Origin: Promethearchaeota archaeon
Lineage (GTDB): Archaea > Asgardarchaeota > Hermodarchaeia > Hermodarchaeales > Hermodarchaeaceae
Reading direction: 5' to 3'
Assembly (NCBI GenBank): GCA_048938385.1
Contig: JBHLMG010000010.1
Coordinates: forward strand, 1 to 64,000
DNA: 64,000 bases
Position 1 is the stretch's first letter. The number at the start of each line of letters is the position of its first letter. The notes under the pieces were generated by a model, which saw only the letters and a program-made list of their open reading frames with translations, did no database searches and was not told the origin of the DNA. Below, in pieces: positions 47,691 through 57,671 of the stretch. The translations under genes and the position numbers were made by a program.

Positions 47691-49742
47691 TTATGTCGGT
47701 GTACGTTGAGGACGCCGCCGGTACCGAAGGAAGTAAAAAACACCCAGACTAGCGATGATTAACCCAACTATAGCTCCTCCAGCTATCAGAAGAGTTGGAT
47801 TCAATTCGACAAGAAAGGTATAGTATACTCCGTTGTTATTGTCAACTACCACATTGTCAAAGTTATCTCTTGCAAGAATATAGAATCGTACCCGCGCTCC
47901 TGCCGGAAAGGGATCGAGGATAACACGATAAGTGTCCCCACTAACGACACGCATCAGGCGTGGCGTCCACAAAGAATAGTCCACACTGTAAAATAGAAGT
48001 ACTTGGTTAATTCCAGACCCTTTTACATCCTGAGAGATGGTGGCGGTGACTGTTATAGAATCTGAGTCCAGTGGTCGATAAGGTAAGAACTGAACTCCAG
48101 ATATGATAGGTGGATAACTTGTAACCGTTACTGTGACCATTGAAGAATTTTGCCGTCCATTGCCATCAATCACTCGGGCTTCCATTCGAACGCGTCCAGT
48201 GCCCTGCGCGGTCCAGTTGAAGTAATAGACTTGGTTAGCAATGTACTGATAGCAGTTTTGCCACAAGGAAGCATTTACTCGTACTTGAATAGTCGGGATA
48301 TACCGATTGTCAGGATCTGTGACATTCACCCAAATAGTGTACTCTACACCTTCGTCAAGAATATCGTCATCTTGGGGAGCGTGAATACTACAATAAATTC
48401 CCTTATCAAACACAACCGAAGTTGAAGTTTCAGCAATCCAGCCTTCAACATCATAAGCCCGTGCTCTCATTCGAGTAACCCCATAAAAACTGGTGGCATC
48501 GAACATGTAGGTACAGTGAGTTGAATTTAATCCAGCCGTTACATTAATCCAAGGACCATCATCGATAGAAAGCTCCACATATTCAACATCGCCAAGTGCG
48601 TCATCAATTGATAAGACTACTTCAAAGGGATTCGTGGGAGCCAAATAACTTCCATAGCTGGGAGTGATAAAGTCAATTTCAGGGAATCCGACTTCGGTTG
48701 AAACAATGGTTGCAAAATCTGCAACCGCAGCCGCAGCAGTCTTTGTGGTTAGCGCTCCAAGTTCGGTAGAGTATTCGGGTTGTCCAAGGTAATCTTCACT
48801 GCTATGAATCCATGGATTGTCCCATCCTTCGTATTCGAAGAACCAGACCGCGGGGATATTTCTATCCCAAAAGGGTTTGTGATCGCTAGATAGCCATAAG
48901 GGTTGCAAATTAGCTTGGACTGGAGCATCAATCACAGATTGGCCAATGCCCTCAGCGTGCTGCGCAAACCATGCGCTGTCTCCACCGTTATGGACGATAT
49001 GCACCTTCCAATTCTCTGGAGCAGAGGGGCTATCCCATAATATCATGTCAAAATTGTACATGATTGTCACAGAGACATTTTCCTGGAAAAGCTTGTTAAC
49101 AAAAGCTTCACTGCCCACAAGACCCTGCTCCTCCGCGTTGAACGCCACGAACATTATGGTATAGTTATACCTGTATTGGGAGAGAACTCGTGCCATTTCA
49201 AGGACTGCACTAATCCCAGATCCATCATCATCAGCACCTGGCGATGCGATTGGATAGGTATCCAGGTGAGCACCGACGATAATTGTCGCATTATTGTGAA
49301 TACTCCCACCTTTCAGTGTGCCTATTACATTGGGTTGACCCGTGCTAAAAGAGTGGAGTTCAACCTCCAGTCCATAGCTCTGAAATTTGTTTGCGATATA
49401 TTCCACAGCGCGACTGTTTCCAGGAGTTCCCCAAAAGCGGGATCCAATGGTCCCAGAAATATAACTCAATTTGCTATTATAACTCTCGGTAGTGATTTGG
49501 TCGATGATGTTTTGGATTTCAGCGGGAGCATTTGGTATTGGTGGATTATGAGTATTCCAACTCTGGAGTTGGACATTACTTCCTGTTGAGCGAAGCGATG
49601 TAGGAGAAGTTATTGAGTCGGAAGTTGCCCCCTGTTCAATCCTTAACCCTGCATATGGGTCTTGAGAAGGAGGGATGATAGGAATGGTTCCACCGAGCAT
49701 AATGACCAAGAAGAATGTGAAAAGGAGGGATGACCGGTGCAT
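47691..49742 (-). CDS. Membrane-anchored M28 aminopeptidase with Ig-like domains
   Basis: GAHLD, PGADDDGSG, AEEQGL.GS, DM, SDH and IHS motifs. Signal peptide and C-terminal TM followed by RRR. Confidence 0.9.
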   Translation of the reverse strand: MHRSSLLFTFFLVIMLGGTIPIIPPSQDPYAGLRIEQGATSDSITSPTSLRSTGSNVQLQSWNTHNPPIPNAPAEIQNIIDQITTESYNSKLSYISGTIGSRFWGTPGNSRAVEYIANKFQSYGLEVELHSFSTGQPNVIGTLKGGSIHNNATIIVGAHLDTYPIASPGADDDGSGISAVLEMARVLSQYRYNYTIMFVAFNAEEQGLVGSEAFVNKLFQENVSVTIMYNFDMILWDSPSAPENWKVHIVHNGGDSAWFAQHAEGIGQSVIDAPVQANLQPLWLSSDHKPFWDRNIPAVWFFEYEGWDNPWIHSSEDYLGQPEYSTELGALTTKTAAAAVADFATIVSTEVGFPEIDFITPSYGSYLAPTNPFEVVLSIDDALGDVEYVELSIDDGPWINVTAGLNSTHCTYMFDATSFYGVTRMRARAYDVEGWIAETSTSVVFDKGIYCSIHAPQDDDILDEGVEYTIWVNVTDPDNRYIPTIQVRVNASLWQNCYQYIANQVYYFNWTAQGTGRVRMEARVIDGNGRQNSSMVTVTVTSYPPIISGVQFLPYRPLDSDSITVTATISQDVKGSGINQVLLFYSVDYSLWTPRLMRVVSGDTYRVILDPFPAGARVRFYILARDNFDNVVVDNNNGVYYTFLVELNPTLLIAGGAIVGLIIASLGVFYFLRYRRRPQRTPT

Positions 49743-49868
49743 GTATATCACAATCTAAAAAGTCAGATAATAGTCGAAAAACACCTAATTTTATGTTATA
49801 TTCTTTCCGATTCAAGCAAAGCAGGAAATCTCCTGCCCTTACTAAATCTGAAACACATTAATCCAAGA

Positions 49869-50405
49869 CTACTCCTGTTTTAGTTCAGAAACTAAAATCA
49901 TTTCTGCGAGTTTATCGAAAACTTCGCTTACTTTGAAATCGGTCTTTGCACTGGTTTCAAAATAGGGAATGTTCTTTTCCTTCGAATAATTCTGTGCTTC
50001 CTCAATAGAAATAGTACGAGTGTCATCTAAATCAATCTTGTTCCCCACTAGCACAACTGGCACATCAAGCCCCGAATAGCGACGAATTTGATCATACCAT
50101 TTCTCAGCATTGACAAAGCTTTGCCGCATGGTGATATCGAAGACTAATAATGCCCCCTTGGCTCCACGGAAATAAATCGGACGCACACCTGAGTAGCGCT
50201 CCTGACCTGCTGTATCCCAGGCCTGAATCTTTACAATCTGGTTGTTAATCGGAATAGATTTCACGATAAAATCGACACCAAGAGTGGAAATGTACCCATC
50301 TGTGAAGGTGCCGTAAGCAAATCGTTGGGTAAGGCTAGTTTTACCAACCTCAGCGTCACCAACTAGAACGATCTTAAAAAGATAATCGAACGCATCGTGC
50401 GGCAT
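49869..50405 (-). CDS. Rab-like small GTPase
   Basis: FDYLFKIVLVGDAEVGKT, TLGVDF, WDTAGQERY, YFRGA, LVFDIT, GNKID and ETSAK. Confidence 0.95.
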   Translation of the reverse strand: MPHDAFDYLFKIVLVGDAEVGKTSLTQRFAYGTFTDGYISTLGVDFIVKSIPINNQIVKIQAWDTAGQERYSGVRPIYFRGAKGALLVFDITMRQSFVNAEKWYDQIRRYSGLDVPVVLVGNKIDLDDTRTISIEEAQNYSKEKNIPYFETSAKTDFKVSEVFDKLAEMILVSELKQE

Positions 50406-50524
50406 GCCCAGAACCCATACAACAGTTATTATCTATGCTTAATGCTGCAGAGGTGTCACTTAATCTTTTGGAATCTTGACAGTTTCATCAGGTTCCTTTG
50501 CAGAGTAATAAAAAGGAGAACACC

Positions 50525-51685
50525 TCATCGGGGAAAGTATTCAAAACCGCGGTAACCCTTCCGGCGTTGAAGTTTTTGCATATCGAAGAGTTTTTTGAGT
50601 TCGTTGGATGCAGTCCCCTTCGTAATGCCAACTTCCTCAGCAACGACAGCAGAGGTCACTCCATCCTTTTCCTTTGCTAAGGCGAGGATTTCACGTTGTG
50701 TCGCTGTTAATTCGTCGAATTCTTCAAACCAGTCTTCATCCTCCCCTTGGGGACTAGATTCGATAAATCGTGTCGGATCTTGTATACTTGGAATCAGAGT
50801 AGTAACTGGTGGAGGACTAGGTTGGAGTTTTACGACTTGATGTACAAAGTCTCGAGTGATTCGATCACCGGAGGGAGTATCTTCTTGAAATGCCTGTGTA
50901 ATGATGTTTTCACAAAAACGAAGGACACTCCGAGGATAACCTCGAGTATGGAGATGCATTTCATCTAAAGCCTCTTCTGTAAAGGGTGTAAGCCCCTGTC
51001 CCCCATAGAATTCGATACGTTGTCGAATGAGTTGCTCCATCTCCTTGCGGGATAACACCTCCAACCCATTCTCGCCTTCGGTTTCCAAGAAGAACTGTAA
51101 GGTAACTCGCTCTGCAAGTGGAGGAAAGATGCTCGTTAAGGCCTTGGTAAATCCAGTTAATCCAGCAATATACACCACGACTGCAGGCATGTCGCTAAGT
51201 ACACGGAGCCACCGAACAGTTTTTCGCTTCTCAACCTCGACCGGCTCTGTATCCTCTTTGGTCAAGGCTAGGCTCTGACCATCATCTATCAGTAAAATAA
51301 TTCGTCGTTTACTCTGTTTATGGAACTGCCGCACCCTTTTTGCAAGATCATCGATGAGGGTAGGGACAGTATTAACCTTAAGCATCAGCTCTTCCCGCAT
51401 GAGATTCATGAGCGTGTTGCTTAAGATTGTGGAATCTAGGGGTTCAGAAACTAAACAGGGAACTAGGGCTGGAGATTCTGCAAGGTAGTCATGGAACCAC
51501 CGCAAGATGTGGGTTTTCCCTGTTCCGCGACCCCCTTCAATGAGAATTATGTTACCTGTGCGGAGTTGCACCACTAAAGGATTTAGTAATCGTTTTTCAG
51601 CAGCAAAGACTTCTGGCATGACATCGATCCGAAAGGGGAAATCGGACCAACCAAGGCTTTTGAGACGTTCATCGAAAGCAAACAT
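50525..51685 (-). CDS. ExeA-like AAA+ ATPase with C-terminal winged-helix domain
   Basis: LGW..FPF N-terminus, Walker A GGRGTGKT, Walker B LLIDD, GYPR sensor-2, C-terminal LTATQREIL..GITKGTASNELKKL. Confidence 0.83.
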   Translation of the reverse strand: MFAFDERLKSLGWSDFPFRIDVMPEVFAAEKRLLNPLVVQLRTGNIILIEGGRGTGKTHILRWFHDYLAESPALVPCLVSEPLDSTILSNTLMNLMREELMLKVNTVPTLIDDLAKRVRQFHKQSKRRIILLIDDGQSLALTKEDTEPVEVEKRKTVRWLRVLSDMPAVVVYIAGLTGFTKALTSIFPPLAERVTLQFFLETEGENGLEVLSRKEMEQLIRQRIEFYGGQGLTPFTEEALDEMHLHTRGYPRSVLRFCENIITQAFQEDTPSGDRITRDFVHQVVKLQPSPPPVTTLIPSIQDPTRFIESSPQGEDEDWFEEFDELTATQREILALAKEKDGVTSAVVAEEVGITKGTASNELKKLFDMQKLQRRKGYRGFEYFPR

Positions 51686-51763
51686 GTTTAGTCACCGGCG
51701 ATGGTGTGATTCTTGGATGCATCTCCAATTGTGTGAAAGCCACTCCTCCCAGTCTACTTCAGT

Positions 51764-52045
51764 CTACGCATCGGTAGTAATTCCGTCACCCATACGACCC
51801 AGGAAATTGTTATAGGCGAATGGACAGACGACCTCGATACCAGCGCTGGGATCGAACTCTACCTGTTCTTTGCCAATTGAGCAGAAGAAGGCACAGTATC
51901 CACCATCTACGAGTCGACCGGTCCGCTGACACACAAAGGTTCGAGCGGTGGGGGTAATTAATTCCAGAACCGCGTTGGCGTCGAGTTGTGCAATTGCTTC
52001 TTCAAGTCGGAATTTTGGTTGAAGCGCTTTGATTTTGTCACTCAC
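51764..52045 (-). CDS. Small Cys-containing hypothetical protein (C-x11-C-x3-C-x18-C)
   Basis: GAGGTGA RBS and GTGA overlap with the upstream gene. Four Cys. Confidence 0.7.
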   Translation of the reverse strand: MSDKIKALQPKFRLEEAIAQLDANAVLELITPTARTFVCQRTGRLVDGGYCAFFCSIGKEQVEFDPSAGIEVVCPFAYNNFLGRMGDGITTDA

Positions 52046-52245
52046 GCATTCTTCACCTCGCGTTGCTGCTTCGCAAGCAGTTCATCTTCCCGTAGTTGTG
52101 CAATTGTTCGAGCAATCCGGACACGCAGCGTAGCCGTCACCAGTGGCATCGCTTCTTGGAGCTGCTCTGCGATGCTAGGCGCTTGGAGACGACTGTTAGC
52201 ATCCGGTCGAGCTCTCCCAGATGCTGTTGCTTCGTCGATTGCCAT
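52042..52245 (-). CDS. Small helical hypothetical protein
   Basis: First gene behind a BRE/TTTATAT box near 52301-52317; translationally coupled to the next gene. Confidence 0.62.
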   Translation of the reverse strand: MAIDEATASGRARPDANSRLQAPSIAEQLQEAMPLVTATLRVRIARTIAQLREDELLAKQQREVKNA

Positions 52246-52574
52246 AGCTCATCGTCCCTCATTGAATCTCATTAACATTCATTCTTTTTCATTTTACTAC
52301 ATATAAAGCTTCGCTTTCCCCTCTTTGCAGGTTTCAAGCGCTAAGAAAAGCCCATCATAGGGGGCACACTGAAAAAAGTTGGACTTGAAATCAGGGCGTG
52401 TGAAATATAATTCCAAAATAAACGGTCGAGAAGGCGTTTTTTCTCAAAAAGAAAATTTAGTCGTTCATTTATGCTATCAAATGAAACGGAAAACCCCCAA
52501 AATTGTTCTAGTCTTTGGCGCGCATTCTCCCTATTCTGGAATCAAGAATAAGATCCAACAGGATAATGGCGCCG

Positions 52575-53657
52575 TTAGCGTTTTCGACGGCTGGACTCGG
52601 TAGTCGGCTGAGCCTTTTCCTCACCCTCCACCTCTGAGCTTTGCTCAGATTCCAATGTATGGGACAGTACGGATTCTTGTGCAAGAAACGCAAGGAGCCG
52701 AAATCTTTCTGAATCGAAATGGAGGAGACTTCGTAATTGCTCTAGAGTGAAGTGTTGGGCACTACGGCGAAAATCGATGAAGCTATTTAGTTGTGCTCGG
52801 AGCGTTTCTAGTTGGAGTTCAAGGAGTTTTGCTTGAAGACGGCCATCATCACTTTGAGTAAGGGCTTGTTTGGCTAGATCCATACTGGGTTGATGAAGGG
52901 GAGCAAGGTACACAGGAGGAGTCTTATTCAGGTTGAGAAATAGATACTGCTCTAGGTTATCTGGAGTAGTTAAGGTGCGGTAGACTTCTTCGGTAACCCC
53001 GAGTAGGGTTGGTCGTTTGTGGGGTTGGTTTTCACGACTTTCTAGAATTCCTTTTGCAGTTTCTAATTCCGAGATTCCTGGCATGTTGGGAACCGTGAAG
53101 GGGAGGACTTGGTCAATAGCTTCACTCAGTTGTTCGAAGGTCTTGTAATCAACACCCGTTATGATAATTGCATTACCTACAAGGATGTTTAGAAGCAAAA
53201 CATCGAGGGCATCATTAAATTTTTCGAGAATATACTCAGTTTGACTGATTCGTTTGCGTGCTACTTGCGAACGTTCGTTGTGAGCTTTCAACGCTGAGAG
53301 AATAATTGGGATGAAGGCCTGAAAGGGTTTAACATCGCCACTCCATTTCTTTAGCTGAATTTCATATTGGTTATAGAAGAGCACATTGAGGCTGTGAAGA
53401 ACGGCTTGAACTTCGAGTTCATCAGCGTTGCCATCAGCAAGCCCAACTGTAATGAGTGGAGCTAGGACATCATAGTGGAACCGATACTCGCCTGCACCGA
53501 TGGTTCGTACCTCTTCGGCGATGGCTTCGTGTCCAAATTCTCGTATCGCAGTAAGAAGTCCGGTTAAGAGGGTTTGTTCGAGTTTGACAACTGGAGAGGT
53601 ATGAGAAACTAGGGTTTCACCCGATGAGAGGAAGATGAAAACAGAATGTAGTGTCAT
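52575..53657 (-). CDS. Longin (uDENN) plus cDENN-like (folliculin-like) protein
   Basis: N-terminal LHSVFIFLSSGE..LLTGLLTAIREFG longin. Central LLLNILVGNAIIITG..IDQVLP resembles folliculin-type cDENN. Confidence 0.7.
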   Translation of the reverse strand: MTLHSVFIFLSSGETLVSHTSPVVKLEQTLLTGLLTAIREFGHEAIAEEVRTIGAGEYRFHYDVLAPLITVGLADGNADELEVQAVLHSLNVLFYNQYEIQLKKWSGDVKPFQAFIPIILSALKAHNERSQVARKRISQTEYILEKFNDALDVLLLNILVGNAIIITGVDYKTFEQLSEAIDQVLPFTVPNMPGISELETAKGILESRENQPHKRPTLLGVTEEVYRTLTTPDNLEQYLFLNLNKTPPVYLAPLHQPSMDLAKQALTQSDDGRLQAKLLELQLETLRAQLNSFIDFRRSAQHFTLEQLRSLLHFDSERFRLLAFLAQESVLSHTLESEQSSEVEGEEKAQPTTESSRRKR

Positions 53658-53844
53658 GATCGAACGCCCTACAGCCGTAATCCTTTCAGGGGGTTTGTGC
53701 TGTTAGCGTTCGTCCTTTGGCAATTAAAGGTTTCCTCAGTAATATGAAAAATCCAGCTCTTTTGATAGAACAGTAAGCATAGTCTTAAATCCATTAAGGG
53801 TGAAAATTCTCCAAAGAGTCTTCAAAACTTTATGGTGTTAATTA

Positions 53845-54912
53845 ATGTCGATCGATAATCTTCGACCTCTCTTGAAAGAATTATCTGAAATAATTGGCAT
53901 CTCAGGGCATGAATCAAATGTTCGTGAGTTCATCCAAGGAGAAATAGAGGACTTCGTGGATGACATTTGGGTAGACCCGTTGGGAAACCTTTTAGCTGTG
54001 CAGAAGGGCTTGAAGGACCATCCACGAATCCTGCTTGACGCTCATGTTGATGAAATCGGATTCATTGTACGATACATACACGAGAACGGATTTCTTCGGA
54101 TAACACCCATTGGGGGGTGGGATCCACGAATTCTGCCCGGTCACCGGGTTATTATAAAGCCTCAAGGATCGAAAGCCTCACACAAAGTGTTTGGCGTACT
54201 TGGCGCATCACCACCACATCTGACCACGGCAAAACAGCGTGAAAAGGTGATCGCGATTGAAGACCTCTATGTAGATATTGGCGCATCCTCTCACCAGGCC
54301 GTGACCGACATGGGGATTCGAATAGGAACACCATTGACAGTATGGCAACCCTTCATCGAAATGCCAGACAAGATCGTCTCAGGAAAAGCCTTCGATGATC
54401 GCGTTGGATGTTTAATAATCATTGAAGTGCTTCGACGCCTTAAGAAAAAAGGAAAAAATACACCCACGGTAGTCGTGAATTTTGCGGTGGGTGAAGAGGT
54501 TGGGGGTCGTGGAGCACGCACTGGCGCGTATACATTAGACCCTGATGTAGCGCTTGCTCTCGAGTGTACTTCAGCAGGAGATATGCCCGGAATTCCAAAG
54601 CATTTGTCTCCTACACAACTTGGTAAAGGCCCTGCTATTACCGTAGCTGACCGAACCCTGATTGTCCACCCCAAGGTACTCGCCACATTAGAAGATGTGG
54701 TGCAGAAAGAGAATATACCCTTTCAGTATAAACAACCCCTGGGTGGTGGAACGGATGGAGGACCGATTTCCCAAAGTCGAAAGGGGGTCCCTACAGGCGT
54801 AGTATCCGTGCCATGCCGGTACATTCATTCTGCCATCTCTCTGCTATGTTTAAGTGATATTGCATCCACTATTGATCTGGTGTATGGGTTCATTCAAACT
54901 TGGCAACCTTGA
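53845..54912 (+). CDS. M42 family (TET) aminopeptidase
   Basis: DAHVDEIG, GKAFDDRVG, EEVG.RGA, GGTDG and RYIHS. Confidence 0.93.
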   Translation: MSIDNLRPLLKELSEIIGISGHESNVREFIQGEIEDFVDDIWVDPLGNLLAVQKGLKDHPRILLDAHVDEIGFIVRYIHENGFLRITPIGGWDPRILPGHRVIIKPQGSKASHKVFGVLGASPPHLTTAKQREKVIAIEDLYVDIGASSHQAVTDMGIRIGTPLTVWQPFIEMPDKIVSGKAFDDRVGCLIIIEVLRRLKKKGKNTPTVVVNFAVGEEVGGRGARTGAYTLDPDVALALECTSAGDMPGIPKHLSPTQLGKGPAITVADRTLIVHPKVLATLEDVVQKENIPFQYKQPLGGGTDGGPISQSRKGVPTGVVSVPCRYIHSAISLLCLSDIASTIDLVYGFIQTWQP

Positions 54913-54925
54913 AGAGGTGATTCTT

Positions 54926-55339
54926 TTGGGAATTCCCACAGTTGATGAAGTCCTAGGCGTTGATAGGAATGTGTTTTTAGCAACGGCAGAAGGCGACCAA
55001 CCTCGTGTCCGCCCCGTTACCATGGTCAAGAACGAGGGATCATTCTATGTTATTACGGGTTCAGAAAACGCAAAAACGCATCAGATCCGTAAGAACGCAA
55101 AGGTCGAAGTAGTCACTTTAGTAAAACATGAAGAACACACAGGATATGTGCGATTTGACGCAATTGCGAAAATAATAACCGACTCGATTATCCGAGAACG
55201 CGTTGCAAAAGCTACATCCTTTTTTTCTGAGTACTTTGACTCCCCCAACGATCCTAAGTATGCCTTGATCCATCTAATTCCTCAAAAAGGAGAATACCTC
55301 AAACCTGGACAGATGTACCCAGAGCCCTTTACTCTCTGA
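54926..55339 (+). CDS. Pyridoxamine 5'-phosphate oxidase-like (FMN split-barrel) protein
   Basis: FLATAEGDQPRVRP..K..QI..N.KVE. TTG start 5 nt after GAGGTGA. Confidence 0.85.
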   Translation: MGIPTVDEVLGVDRNVFLATAEGDQPRVRPVTMVKNEGSFYVITGSENAKTHQIRKNAKVEVVTLVKHEEHTGYVRFDAIAKIITDSIIRERVAKATSFFSEYFDSPNDPKYALIHLIPQKGEYLKPGQMYPEPFTL

Positions 55340-55511
55340 TATCGTTTATGAGTTTGACATTCATTGGCGAGGATTAAAGAGAGATATTTTCGTTAATTTA
55401 GGGCGTATAGGGAAGCTATTTCTAGGTGAGCGTTGTAGATTTGGTTAGTTGGGACTCTAAGAGGTTGACTGCAGAAAGTGTGGATCGGTGTGGATACGGT
55501 GATGTGAAGCG

Positions 55512-57671
55512 ATGGAACAGAATGACATCGACGGCGAGATCGCAGGTAGGACAGGGCAACCTACTCCTAAACTCGAAGGTTACAACATCAAAATCCAAGC
55601 GGAACAACTTCCACTATATAGCGGTTCTGTGGATTATTGGCGGATACCAACCTCTTATTGGACGAGCGTTCTTGACCGGATCAAGGGTATGGGGTTTCGT
55701 TTCATATCCCTGACAATACCATGGAACATCCATGAAGTAGCCAGCGATCTTTTTGATTTTGGCACTACAAACAAGCAACGAGACTTAGAAGGCTTCCTTG
55801 GATTATGTCAGGAGAGGAACCTTTTTGCAATAGTTCGTCCCGGACCTTGCGTCAATGCTGAGCTAGTTTATTACGGCTTCCCAAAACGCATCCTTTACGA
55901 TAAGGATATTCAAGCAGTGTCTGCTTTTGGAACCCGAGTGGTTGTTCCAGCAATTCCAACTCCATTTCCCATGCCTAGTTACGCTAGCGAAAAATTCTAT
56001 GATGAAGTTAGCAAATACTTTGACGCCCTCTGCCCTATTCTTGCCCGAAACCTCTCACCAGGCGGACCCATTGTCGGAGTCCAGATCGATAATGATGTTC
56101 CCCTGCTATTTCGAAACGGTCCTTTCAGCGCAGACTATTCTTCCTCTGCCATCAGATGGTACCACGAATTCTTGGCTGGCAAATACCCCTCAATTACTGC
56201 CTTAAACCGAGCATATCGTACCAGGTATAATGCCTTTGAAGATATAGAACCCCCTCGCGCTCTCGCGACCACTGAACGTGAAGCCCTCCCACGGTATTTA
56301 GATTGGATGGAATTCAAAGAGTACTATGTAGGTCTGGCATTAAGCGTTCTTGCGAGCCTTCTTTGGTCTAGAGGCGTTCGAGGAATTTTTACATACCACA
56401 ATAGTCGAAGCAACTTCCCAACACTTCCCTTGAATGTATCACGAACTGAACGAGAACTAGACATCCAAGGCGTGGGTTTATACCTTGACAAATCTCAATA
56501 CGAAGAGATCCGACGCGGTGCCCTATACATGAGCACCGTGAGTCGTTTCCCCTTCCTTTCTGAAGTAGGGATAGGCACTTGGCCAGGAGGTCCAGTGATT
56601 CCCATCCAGGATTCCCAATTTGCTCTACTTGTTGCACTGATGAATGGTGTTCGTGGTTTTAATGCACATATGCTGGTTGAACGGAATAGATGGATTGGCG
56701 GACCCCTCAGTCCATCGGGTTCAACGCGAGATCAACCTTATGCGTTCTTACATCGATTGCTGACAATTCTAGACACAATTGAGTTTCCCACTCTTCAACG
56801 GAACATACCTGTTCTCTTGCTTCGGAATTTTGAGTACGAACGCCTGTACGGATTGTGTCAAAATGGTAATTGGTTCACTGATCTTTTAGACATCCCTGCT
56901 GAATTACTCCTGGATAATCGCACATTCAGTTACACTGAAACAATTCAGAAAGCATACCCTGACCTCTGGAATGCGTTCTATTGGGGATTAACCCGTTCTA
57001 AAATCCCTTTTGCTATTGGCGATACCGAGATGGATCGACCAGCTCTAAGTCACTATCAAGCCATCTTTCTCCCTACATTTGATTTCATGTCAGGAGAACT
57101 GCAAGAGAAAATCGTAGAGTATATACAGCGCGGTGGCACAGCCATTATAGGCCCTGAACTTCCCTATCTAGGTGTGGATATGCGGGGATGCACTATCCTG
57201 TCAGATCAGACAGGCGTACAGGTTCCAAATACACGGCGACCCTTAGTTGGTTTCCATGATCCCTTCCAAATTATCGAAGATCGAGTTCGGGTTGGGAACC
57301 AGACAGCAGGAAGAATCCAACCCCATGGGAATGGCTACATCATTTTCCTCGGTATTACACTGCCACCGACTACAGACCGTGAGGGTGCAGTCGATGCTGA
57401 GTGCGTCATCACCCAATCAGTGAACCATCTAAAAATTCAAGCAGAAGGAGATATTCAAAATCCGTCGGTAGATGAAATCTATTGGGGAACCCGAGCACCA
57501 CGGGTGATTTTTCAAGCGAACACAACTAATCAACCACAATCGGTGAGAGTAAATATCGCTCAACGAGCTCAACTCCGAAATCTCTGGACTGGCGAACAAT
57601 TAACCCAGCGTGGTCCACAAGAGATTGCCCTTGATCCATATGAAACTCTACTCCTAGAGGTGATCCGATGA
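55512..57671 (+). CDS. Beta-galactosidase-like glycoside hydrolase (GH35/GH42)
   Basis: DYWR..W..LDRIKGMG, IPWNIHE, VRPGP.VNAE and GGPIVGVQIDND. Confidence 0.83.
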   Translation: MEQNDIDGEIAGRTGQPTPKLEGYNIKIQAEQLPLYSGSVDYWRIPTSYWTSVLDRIKGMGFRFISLTIPWNIHEVASDLFDFGTTNKQRDLEGFLGLCQERNLFAIVRPGPCVNAELVYYGFPKRILYDKDIQAVSAFGTRVVVPAIPTPFPMPSYASEKFYDEVSKYFDALCPILARNLSPGGPIVGVQIDNDVPLLFRNGPFSADYSSSAIRWYHEFLAGKYPSITALNRAYRTRYNAFEDIEPPRALATTEREALPRYLDWMEFKEYYVGLALSVLASLLWSRGVRGIFTYHNSRSNFPTLPLNVSRTERELDIQGVGLYLDKSQYEEIRRGALYMSTVSRFPFLSEVGIGTWPGGPVIPIQDSQFALLVALMNGVRGFNAHMLVERNRWIGGPLSPSGSTRDQPYAFLHRLLTILDTIEFPTLQRNIPVLLLRNFEYERLYGLCQNGNWFTDLLDIPAELLLDNRTFSYTETIQKAYPDLWNAFYWGLTRSKIPFAIGDTEMDRPALSHYQAIFLPTFDFMSGELQEKIVEYIQRGGTAIIGPELPYLGVDMRGCTILSDQTGVQVPNTRRPLVGFHDPFQIIEDRVRVGNQTAGRIQPHGNGYIIFLGITLPPTTDREGAVDAECVITQSVNHLKIQAEGDIQNPSVDEIYWGTRAPRVIFQANTTNQPQSVRVNIAQRAQLRNLWTGEQLTQRGPQEIALDPYETLLLEVIR

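Noticed and set aside
52246-52574. Replication origin (ORB-like cttgaaa..aggg inverted pair with AT-rich DNA) next to an AAA+-wHTH gene
   Set aside because: Only a 7-bp inverted match, lacking the TCCA core of ORBs. The ATPase is ExeA-like rather than Cdc6-like, and a promoter explains the AT richness.
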